DNA from: an uncultured Acidimicrobiaceae bacterium
Lineage (GTDB): Bacteria; Actinomycetota; Acidimicrobiia; Acidimicrobiales; Aldehydirespiratoraceae
NCBI GenBank assembly: GCA_913041415.1
Contig: CAJWHS010000006.1
Location: forward strand, 1 to 58,120
Direction of reading: 5' to 3'
Length of the DNA stretch: 58,120 nt
The notes beneath the pieces were generated by a model. It did not search any database, was not told the origin of the DNA, and saw nothing but the letters and a program-made list of their open reading frames with translations. Positions 41,129 to 48,919 of the stretch are shown in pieces. How positions within the stretch are numbered: the first letter of the stretch is position 1; every line of letters begins with the position of its first letter. Both the position numbers and the translations under genes were made by a program.

Positions 41129-42010
41129 CTAGTGCGACGACTGACCGATGCAGTTGGGGCCCTCGGCCTCCTGCCCGGTGGTGTTCGTACCGATCGGCGG
41201 GCCCTGGATGATCGTGCCGGTGTCGACGGTGAGAACACCATCAGCCGAGACGCTCATGGCGAAACGGTCCATGCCGCGTGGGGCCGGGCCACCACGCTTT
41301 TCGCCGACACGGTTGTACTGGGAACCGTGGCAGGGGCACTCGAACCACTGGGAGGTGACGCACTCGGGCACACGGCAGCCAAGGTGCGGGCACTTCTGGT
41401 AGATGGCGATGACACCACCGTCGAGCCCCAGTGCGAGACCAGCTTCCATGCCGGTGAGTTCGTTCGCCGAGTAGGCGGCACGGGCCTTCTCGACCGCACC
41501 GTTTGGGTATTCGGTGATCCACATGCGGCCGTCCGCCCGGTAGAGGAAGCCGTTGGCGCCGCGGACCTCGCTGAGCACGTCGCTCACGAGGCCGACTCGA
41601 ATGGCCGAGCCAAAGCCGCCACCGAGCTGGGGCCACAGGAAGGCGATCGACGCTAGGCCGAAGCCGCCGAGACCGATCTGCATCATGAGGATGATGGTGC
41701 GGTTGAAGAACTGGCGACGTGAGACGCCGATGACCTCGGGATCCGGCGGCACATAGGGAGCCGGCGGCGCACTCTGGCGGGCAGCGAGGACGAGTTCCTT
41801 GCTGGCGGCCTTGCGCTCGAGGACTTGGGCCCGCTCGACCTGCTTGCCCGTGAGGGCGTCCTCGTTGCCGAGAACGGTCGATTCACGGTCGCGTGCCTTG
41901 GTTTCCCGAGAGAGGATGCCGACGGCCCCGTCGGCATCGCGACTCTTGAGCGCGGAGAAAACGGCGACGGCGGCCAGCAGGGCGATGACGACGATGGCTG
42001 CAATGAGCAT
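41129..42010 (-). CDS. Rieske iron-sulfur subunit (QcrA/PetC-like)
   Basis: CPHLGC and CPCHGSQY boxes, GPAPR, internal Tat motif SRRQFF. Confidence 0.93.
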   Translation of the reverse strand: MLIAAIVVIALLAAVAVFSALKSRDADGAVGILSRETKARDRESTVLGNEDALTGKQVERAQVLERKAASKELVLAARQSAPPAPYVPPDPEVIGVSRRQFFNRTIILMMQIGLGGFGLASIAFLWPQLGGGFGSAIRVGLVSDVLSEVRGANGFLYRADGRMWITEYPNGAVEKARAAYSANELTGMEAGLALGLDGGVIAIYQKCPHLGCRVPECVTSQWFECPCHGSQYNRVGEKRGGPAPRGMDRFAMSVSADGVLTVDTGTIIQGPPIGTNTTGQEAEGPNCIGQSSH

Positions 42011-42028
42011 TGGTGTTTCCTCCTTGCC

Positions 42029-42808
42029 TTACAGCTCGAAGAACAAGCCGGCTTCCCACGGGAAGACGAAGTTGAATCCGGGTCCTCGGAAGAACGAGCC
42101 GATCATGGTCAGCACAGCCCAGAACATAAGGTGGACAGTCATCAACGAAACCGCGAACTTACGATCCTCGGGCTTCGCCGACGGGTTTCGGTCGATGTAG
42201 GGAATAAACATCAAGAAGAACAGGCCGATACCCGGAATGGTCACGCCGGCGACCATCGGGTGGAACACCGTGAGGAGTTCCTGCAGGCCGAGGAAGTACC
42301 ACGGGGCCTTCGACGGGTTCGGCGTCTCGTTGAAGTTGGCGAGCTCCAGCAGCGGAGCGTTGACGAAGATCGAGAAGATCAAGGTGAACGCAAGCGCAAA
42401 CAGAGCGGCGCCGAACTCGACCACGAGCAGGTGAGGCCAGGTGTGGACCTTGTCCTGCGGGACGGCCTTGACGTCTTGGATCGAGCCCGACTTCACAACG
42501 GTGAGCAGGCGCTGGGTGTGACCACCGGGCCCGGTCGGCACCGGGGCGCCCGACGCAGCAGCGGGGGCGGCTGCGGCGGGAGCCGTGGCGACGGCGGTTC
42601 CGGTGGCGGTACCGCCGGCGGCCTTCGCCTTGGCGGCCTTGGAGCGCTCGAGCAGGTGCGCCGGGATCTTCGACGCAGCCTCTTGCTGTTCGGCGCTGAG
42701 TTCCTGGGCGGGCGCCTCGGCCGGAGCGTCGGCGGCAGCCTTGGCCGCAGCGGCCTTGGCTCGGGCCTCTTCGGCCCGCTTGCGGAGGTGTTCGGGGACT
42801 TCGGTCAT
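42029..42808 (-). CDS. cytochrome b subunit IV (PetD-like C-terminal part of a split cytochrome b)
   Basis: TWPHLL, ANFNETPNPSKAPWYFLGLQ, PYID; long Ala-rich N-terminal extension. Confidence 0.88.
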   Translation of the reverse strand: MTEVPEHLRKRAEEARAKAAAAKAAADAPAEAPAQELSAEQQEAASKIPAHLLERSKAAKAKAAGGTATGTAVATAPAAAAPAAASGAPVPTGPGGHTQRLLTVVKSGSIQDVKAVPQDKVHTWPHLLVVEFGAALFALAFTLIFSIFVNAPLLELANFNETPNPSKAPWYFLGLQELLTVFHPMVAGVTIPGIGLFFLMFIPYIDRNPSAKPEDRKFAVSLMTVHLMFWAVLTMIGSFFRGPGFNFVFPWEAGLFFEL

Positions 42809-42829
42809 GTCCTTCTTCTCCTTTTTGCC

Positions 42830-43624
42830 TTAGAGCGGACCCGAGATGCCGCCGTCCTTGCGCACTCGCCAAAAGTGGATCGCCATGAAGATGACGAGCA
42901 CGAACGGCAGGAGCAAGACGTGCAACACGTACCATCGGAGCAGCGTGTCGGTGCCGATCTCCACGCCGCCGAGCAGCACGAAGCGGACTTGTTCTCCGAA
43001 CACCGGGGTGTACCCCATCATGTTGGTACCCACCGTCACCGCCCAGAGGGCCAGCTGGTCCCAGGGCAGGAGGTAGCCGGTGAACGAGAGGAGCAGGGTG
43101 AACTGCAAGAGGTTGACGCCGATCACCCAGTTGAACTCACGGGGCGCCTTGTACGCACCGTGGTAGAAGACGCGGGCCATGTGGAGGAACACCGAAAGCA
43201 CCATCAAGTGGGCTGCCCATCGATGCATGTTCCTGACCAGCAGGCCGAAGGTCACGCTGTTTTGCAGCGTGTAGATGTCGTCCCAGGCCGCCGCAGCGGT
43301 CGGCCGGTAGAAGAACATTAAAAAGATGCCGGTGACCGTCAGCAAGATGAACAGGAAGAAGGACAGACCGCCGAGGCACAGCGTGTAGCTGACCTTGACT
43401 GCGTGACGCTTCACCTTTACCGGGTGCAGGTGGTACAACACTGAGTTCATGATCACGTAGGACCGGTTTCGAGGGCTGTCGGTGTAACCCTTCCGGAAGA
43501 TCGAGCCAGGTCGGAAGATCGAGTTCCAGGCCTGAGAGGACTGGGTCGCGTCGACTAGCTGGGTTGCTTGGTCCTGCAGCCGCTGCGGCAGGGGCTTCTT
43601 CGCGTCTTCGTCAGTGTTCGCCAT
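42830..43624 (-). CDS. cytochrome b6-like subunit (PetB-like N-terminal part of a split cytochrome b)
   Basis: CLGG, HRWAAH..LHMARV, GYLLPWDQ, four heme His, ends GISGPL. Confidence 0.93.
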   Translation of the reverse strand: MANTDEDAKKPLPQRLQDQATQLVDATQSSQAWNSIFRPGSIFRKGYTDSPRNRSYVIMNSVLYHLHPVKVKRHAVKVSYTLCLGGLSFFLFILLTVTGIFLMFFYRPTAAAAWDDIYTLQNSVTFGLLVRNMHRWAAHLMVLSVFLHMARVFYHGAYKAPREFNWVIGVNLLQFTLLLSFTGYLLPWDQLALWAVTVGTNMMGYTPVFGEQVRFVLLGGVEIGTDTLLRWYVLHVLLLPFVLVIFMAIHFWRVRKDGGISGPL

Positions 43625-43656
43625 AGATCTTTGTTTCGTGTCAGGGCACTCCGGCG

Positions 43657-44073
43657 TCAGCCGAGGCGCATGCCGTATCCGTAACCGTGGGTATTCGTTC
43701 GCTGGTGGGCATCACCGTCGGCCGGCGGGTCGCCAATCTTGCCGAGGATGATCACACCCGTGGGGCACCGGTCGACGCAGAGAGCGCACCGGGTGCACAC
43801 GTCGTCGTCGATGGTGAAAATCACATTGTCGTTGGGGTCGCTGCCCGGGAGTTCCGTACCGATCGCTTCGTCGATCGCGTCGGGACGCACCATGTGGATG
43901 CACTTCCACGGGCAGATGTCAACACAGCCCTCGCACATGATGCACTCGGACTGGTCAATGTGGATGAACTGCTTCGGCTTGACCTGGGCGGTGAGCCAGG
44001 CTGCGTCGACCTGCTGGAGGATGTAGTCGTCGCGGAACTCGGGAAGCGGCGGATTCGCGTCGGTGGTCGCCAT
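43657..44073 (-). CDS. 2x[4Fe-4S] dicluster ferredoxin
   Basis: CIMCEGCVDICP and CTRCALCVDRCP. Confidence 0.9.
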   Translation of the reverse strand: MATTDANPPLPEFRDDYILQQVDAAWLTAQVKPKQFIHIDQSECIMCEGCVDICPWKCIHMVRPDAIDEAIGTELPGSDPNDNVIFTIDDDVCTRCALCVDRCPTGVIILGKIGDPPADGDAHQRTNTHGYGYGMRLG

Positions 44074-44077
44074 GAAG

Positions 44078-44527
44078 TCAGGCACCTTCCTTAACGAGCG
44101 GACGGCCGAAGGTCGAGCGTTCGGGAGTCTTCTCTGCGTTCTGCTTCTCGCCGCGCTTTTGCCAGGCGGCCCACATCCAGATGTTGCCGGCGAGCGCAAC
44201 GACATAGATGCCAACAGCGATGAGGTCGCGTAACACAACATAGTTGACACGAATTGGCGACCAGCCACCGTCCTGCTGCGACTTGAGCAGGTCAAACGGG
44301 CCGAAAAGGATCTTGTCGGAACGCCAGTTGAGCTCATTGTCGGCCCAGGACAGGAACTGGTGCGGCACGACGCCATAGACCCAGAACATCAAGAAGAAGA
44401 CGATCATTGAGCCGAGCATCGCCTCGCCCCAGGTCACGACCTGATCGGCGGGACGGCGCTTCTGGTAGGTGAGGATTCCGCCAACGATCAAGGCGGTGAC
44501 GATGATCGACGACACGAAAGCGACCAC
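44078..44527 (-). CDS. hypothetical membrane protein (3 TM), first gene of the respiratory block
   Basis: GTG start with AGGAG RBS; three hydrophobic segments; ends 4 bp before the ferredoxin. Confidence 0.8.
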   Translation of the reverse strand: MVAFVSSIIVTALIVGGILTYQKRRPADQVVTWGEAMLGSMIVFFLMFWVYGVVPHQFLSWADNELNWRSDKILFGPFDLLKSQQDGGWSPIRVNYVVLRDLIAVGIYVVALAGNIWMWAAWQKRGEKQNAEKTPERSTFGRPLVKEGA

Positions 44528-44564
44528 GCTGCGACTCCTGGAGAACGGACGCGTTTCACGAACT

Positions 44565-44582
44565 TCGTGAAACCATGCACAA
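44565..44582 (-). promoter_or_regulatory. putative Rex operator abutting a TAGACT -10 element (44587-44582)
   Basis: Minus strand TTGTGCA-TGGT-TTCACGA vs Rex consensus TTGTGAA-N4-TTCACAA; arms nearly identical to the site upstream of rex. Confidence 0.75.
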
Positions 44583-44831
44583 GTCTAAACCGGAGGCGCT
44601 GCGACCCCCGGATTGGTGCCTGGTTTATCACGATGCCTTTCGATTCCCCCCATCCGGCGCTGGGGAAAATCGGGTGTTGCGCGATTGTCCGAAATTCGGG
44701 GGGAGGATTCTGCTTCGGCTTGTTCGGACGTGCGACACTGCCCCTATCCTCAGGGGGCGTGGTCGGCGTAATCCTGCCTCTGCCGCTCCACCCGCCAGTC
44801 CGCTGTCCGATCGATCCGCCGGAGACCAACG

Positions 44832-45680
44832 GTGACCGAAGTACCTGAGCACCTCCTGAAGAAGGCCGCCGAAGCCCGTGCCCGCCTCAGTGGGCAGGCC
44901 CCAACCAACGCGGGCGATAGCGCCGCTCCGAGCAGCGAGCCGGCGGGCGAGGCCGCTCCGGTTCCGGCCACGACGGCTGCCCCGGTCCCGGCCGTCCCCG
45001 AGGAGCCCGCTGCTCCCGAGCCCGTCGCCCCCTATGTCGAGGCCGCCGAGACCCGCAAGAAGGTCCCGGTCTGGATCGTTCCGGTCCTGATTTTCCTTCC
45101 CTTCTGGGCGATTTTCTACGTCGGCTATCTCGAGAACCCGCCCGCCGCTCCCGAGGGTCTCGCCTATGAAGGTACCGAGATCTATAGCGGCCAGTGCGCC
45201 GGCTGCCAGGGTGGCGGTGGCGGTGGCGGCTCCGGCCGCCAACTCAACGGCGGCGAGGTCCTGCTCACCTTCCCGTCGCTCGCTTCAGGCGCCGCCTACG
45301 ACGGCCTCGCCGGCCACCTGCACTGGGTCGCCAACGGCACCGCCGGCTCACAGGCCGAGGGCCTTCTCGTCTACGGCGATCCCGATCGGCCCGGTGGGGC
45401 CCACGTACCCGGCTCGTACGGCCAGATGGCCGGCTTCGGCAACCTCTCGCCCGAGCAGTTGGTGGCGGTCGTCTACCACGTCCGCCACGCGTTCGGTGCC
45501 GACCAGATCACTCCGGAAGGCGACGAGAGAGAGCTCCACGTGCTCGACGAGCTCTACCACCTGATGGAAGAAGAGGGCGTCATGACCTTCGAAGGCGCCA
45601 CGCTGCCGGAGATCCAGGTCTGGGTCGACGCCGCTCGCATAAAGGTCGACGAAGAGTACGGCGAACTCGCCGCGGAGTAA
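44832..45680 (+). CDS. membrane-anchored cytochrome c-like protein with CxxCQ motif
   Basis: GGAGA RBS; one TM, then G.EIY..QCAGCQG, distal QMAGFG and LSPEQLVAVVYH class I cytochrome c pattern. Confidence 0.75.
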   Translation: MTEVPEHLLKKAAEARARLSGQAPTNAGDSAAPSSEPAGEAAPVPATTAAPVPAVPEEPAAPEPVAPYVEAAETRKKVPVWIVPVLIFLPFWAIFYVGYLENPPAAPEGLAYEGTEIYSGQCAGCQGGGGGGGSGRQLNGGEVLLTFPSLASGAAYDGLAGHLHWVANGTAGSQAEGLLVYGDPDRPGGAHVPGSYGQMAGFGNLSPEQLVAVVYHVRHAFGADQITPEGDERELHVLDELYHLMEEEGVMTFEGATLPEIQVWVDAARIKVDEEYGELAAE

Positions 45681-45707
45681 CCCACTCCCCCACCAGACGC
45701 AGAACGT

Positions 45708-45765
45708 CGAACATGGGACCGCAGGGTCCGGCTGTTCGGCGTCCGAACCGGCGAACATGGGACCG
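45708..45765 (+). repeat. 14-bp direct repeat CGAACATGGGACCG (45708-45721, 45752-45765)
   Basis: Exact repeat with a 44-bp period; second copy ends on the first base of the pgi GTG. Confidence 0.8.
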
Positions 45766-47396
45766 TGGATCCCTCGCTCACCAAATCCTGGCGCGCCCTC
45801 CAGGACCATGCCGCCTCCTTCGACGATCTCGACCTACGCGGGCTCTTCGACGACGACCCTGGTCGAGTCGATCGCATGACGCTTACGGTCGCCGACCTCA
45901 CGGTCGACCTGTCCAAACACCGCGTGTCGCCTGCGGTTCTCGACGACCTCATCGCCCTCGCGAACGAGGTCGGGCTCGCTGACCGCTTCGCCGCGATGAT
46001 TGATGGCGAGCGAATCAACTCGACCGAGGATCGCGCCGTGCTCCACACCGCGCTGCGAGCACCGGTCGGGGTCGAGGTGCTTGAGGACGGTGAGAATGTC
46101 GTACCCGCCGTCCACGAGATGCTCGGCCGAATGGGCGCGTTCGCCGACCGAGTCCGGTCCGGCGACTGGGTCGGCGCCACCGGGGCACCGATCGAGACGG
46201 TGATCAACATCGGGATCGGTGGCTCCGACCTCGGTCCGGTCATGGCATACGAAGCGCTCGCCGCGTTTCGTCACGAACGGATTCGCTGCCGCTTCGTCAG
46301 CAATGTCGACGGCAGCGACCTGATCGCTGCCGTCCGCGACCTCGACCCGGCGACGACCCTGTTCGTGATCTCGTCGAAGACCTTCACCACCCAGGAGACG
46401 CTCACGAACGCCCAGTCGGCACAGGCATGGCTCACCGCGTCGCTTGGCGCCGATGCCGTGGCAAAGCACTTCGTTGCCGTGTCCACCAACGCCACCGAAG
46501 TCGCAGCGTTCGGGATCGACACCGACAACATGTTTGGCTTCTGGGATTGGGTCGGCGGGCGCTACTCGATGGACTCCGCCATCGGGCTGTCCCTCATGAT
46601 CGCGATCGGTCCCGACGCGTTCGCCGAGATGCTCACCGGTTTCCGGGCGATCGACGAACACATGGCGGCGACCCCGATCGCCGAGAACGCGCCGGCCCTG
46701 CTCGGACTGATCGAGGTCTGGTATCGCACCTTCTGCGACCTGCCAAGCCGCGCCGTGCTCCCCTACTCGCAGGCGCTCCATCGCTTCCCCGCCTATCTCC
46801 AGCAGCTCGACATGGAGTCGAACGGAAAGCGAATCCGTATCGACGGCGAGCCCGTCACCTACGAGACCGGACCGGTGATCTGGGGAGAACCCGGCACCAA
46901 CGGGCAACACTCGTTCCACCAGCTTCTCCACCAAGGCAGCACGGTGATCCCCGCCGACTTCATCGTGTTCGGTGCGCCCGAGAACGCCGAGTTCGAGGGG
47001 GCTGACGCCCACCACGATCTCCTCGTGGCCAACTGTTTCGCCCAGAGTCAGGCCCTCGCATTCGGCAGGACCGCCGAGGAGGTCGCCGAGACCGAGACGG
47101 ACCCGCTGCTGGTCTCACACCGGACCTTCCCGGGCAACCGGCCCTCGACCACGATCATGGCGCCCGCCCTCACCCCATCGGTGCTCGGACAGCTCGTCGC
47201 CCTCTACGAACACCAGGTGTTCACCCAGGGCGTCGTCTGGGGGCTCAACAGCTTCGACCAGTGGGGGGTGGAACTCGGCAAGGTCCTCGCCTCGGCGATC
47301 ATCGGTAAACTGAGGGACGACGGCACGCCCGACCTCCGCCACGACGCGTCGACGAATGCGCTGATCCAGCGCTACCGCTCGATGCGCGGTCGGTGA
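45765..47396 (+). CDS. pgi: glucose-6-phosphate isomerase
   Basis: IGIGGSDLGP, SKTFTTQET, WDWVGGRYS, QQLDMESNGK, FDQWGVELGK. Confidence 0.98.
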   Translation: MDPSLTKSWRALQDHAASFDDLDLRGLFDDDPGRVDRMTLTVADLTVDLSKHRVSPAVLDDLIALANEVGLADRFAAMIDGERINSTEDRAVLHTALRAPVGVEVLEDGENVVPAVHEMLGRMGAFADRVRSGDWVGATGAPIETVINIGIGGSDLGPVMAYEALAAFRHERIRCRFVSNVDGSDLIAAVRDLDPATTLFVISSKTFTTQETLTNAQSAQAWLTASLGADAVAKHFVAVSTNATEVAAFGIDTDNMFGFWDWVGGRYSMDSAIGLSLMIAIGPDAFAEMLTGFRAIDEHMAATPIAENAPALLGLIEVWYRTFCDLPSRAVLPYSQALHRFPAYLQQLDMESNGKRIRIDGEPVTYETGPVIWGEPGTNGQHSFHQLLHQGSTVIPADFIVFGAPENAEFEGADAHHDLLVANCFAQSQALAFGRTAEEVAETETDPLLVSHRTFPGNRPSTTIMAPALTPSVLGQLVALYEHQVFTQGVVWGLNSFDQWGVELGKVLASAIIGKLRDDGTPDLRHDASTNALIQRYRSMRGR

Positions 47397-47778
47397 CCCG
47401 ACGACTGTTCCGACCAGGCCAGGCAGCATCAACGCGACTCGAACTCGACCTGGCGGATCCGATGGCTCTGTCGCCCGACCCACACCCTCGGCGGCGTTTA
47501 CTGCGACAAGGACGCCTGCGTTCCCTCGATGTCGTGGAGCGCGACGCGATCGGCTGTGAGCCGCGCGCCAATCACCATCGTCTGCCCGTGGTCGTCCGGC
47601 AGGGGTACCACCACGCGGTACGCGACCGTCGGATCCGCCGGTGCCGGAAAGCACGAGTTGAAGGGCGACGATCAAGCCGAAGACCAACGTCTCACCTCGG
47701 CTCGGTCACCGAAGCCCGGGGATGGCGAAAAGCGCGCCGGGGCGCTCGAGGTCTTCGACCTTCACCTCGGCCACGGGC

Positions 47779-48876
47779 TCAGCGCATCTCTGGGGAAAGG
47801 TCGTGGGCACCAATAAGTTCCCATGCCTCGTGTTCGACGTAGGCGTCGAGGGTGCGGGTGATGATGCGTTCGAAGAGTTCTTCACCCCGCTGAGTGGTCT
47901 CTCCCTTCGTCACCGAGTTGTGGAGCCAGGCGCTCAGCCAGAAGTTGAGCGTCAGCTTGTAGGCGTTCATTAGATCGTAGAGGTGGACGTAGCCGGCGTC
48001 CATCGTCTCGAGGGTGTCTTGGTAGAGGTCGATGAGGTCGGACTCGTGCGCGCGCCGGAGCGCCGGGTCGAGGTTGCACGTCAAGAACGGCACGACATCA
48101 CCCATGCCGTCGCCACGGCCGAGGAGCTGCCAGTCGATCAGGACGAGTTCGTCGTCGTCGAAGAACATGTTGTCGAGCCGGAAGTCGTTATGGGTCAGGG
48201 TCCGGCTCGACCCGCCGAACGAGGCGAACATGTCGCTGACCGTCGGAAGGTAGGACTCGAGCCGGGCGACGACCTCGGCGCCGAGTTGTTCGCCGTGCTG
48301 GTCGACCACCATTGGCCAGCTCGACTCGAACATTCCCTGCAAGCCCATGTTGAGCGGGCTGTCGATCGGTGGCACCCAGTCGAACTGGTCGACCTGGTTC
48401 CACCAGCGGCCGTGCACCCCGGCGGCCGCGACCACAGCGGCGCGCGCCTGCTCGAGCGTCGCCCCCGTATGATGATCACCGGACGCGTAGCCGCCGACAT
48501 CTTCCAAAACGAGGCAGTACGCCAGAGACTCGTCGTCGCCAACATTGAGGTAGGCCTGCGGCGTGCGGACCTTCATCTGCGACAGGAGATTCGCATAGGC
48601 CCGGTGCTCACGTCCGTAGACGTCGAGCAGGTCGCCGATCGGCTTGAGCCCCGAGTCGGTGGTTGGGATCTTTGCGATCGCCGTCGCAGGCCCGGTGCCG
48701 GCCGAGTAGTCGAGCGTCAGGCGAGCGAGCTCACCTAGGAAGCCCTCGCCGATTGCGATGCGCTCCGCCGACACCGAGGACACCGCGACCTCGTCGAATC
48801 CGCTCGACTGGAGCGCATCGGTCATCATCTCGGCGGTGATCTGATCGAGTGACGTCGGAACGTGATGTTGGGCCAT
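47779..48876 (-). CDS. aminoglycoside phosphotransferase / choline-ecdysteroid kinase-like protein
   Basis: GEGFLG loop, LVLEDV, LTHNDFRLDNMFF, LIDWQ. Confidence 0.85.
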   Translation of the reverse strand: MAQHHVPTSLDQITAEMMTDALQSSGFDEVAVSSVSAERIAIGEGFLGELARLTLDYSAGTGPATAIAKIPTTDSGLKPIGDLLDVYGREHRAYANLLSQMKVRTPQAYLNVGDDESLAYCLVLEDVGGYASGDHHTGATLEQARAAVVAAAGVHGRWWNQVDQFDWVPPIDSPLNMGLQGMFESSWPMVVDQHGEQLGAEVVARLESYLPTVSDMFASFGGSSRTLTHNDFRLDNMFFDDDELVLIDWQLLGRGDGMGDVVPFLTCNLDPALRRAHESDLIDLYQDTLETMDAGYVHLYDLMNAYKLTLNFWLSAWLHNSVTKGETTQRGEELFERIITRTLDAYVEHEAWELIGAHDLSPEMR

Positions 48877-48919
48877 CGACCGAGGGTAGAGCCCCGCTTC
48901 GAGTTGTGTCGACGGGGTC

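Noticed and set aside
41310-41400. Predicting a high-potential Rieske cluster from the GSQY Ser/Tyr residues
   Set aside because: These residues alone do not reliably fix the midpoint potential across lineages
47393-47780. ORFs between pgi and the kinase-like gene (47115-47687 minus, 47393-47842 plus)
   Set aside because: They overlap real genes and have no recognisable motif; short coding-like pieces in different minus frames hint at a remnant I cannot identify
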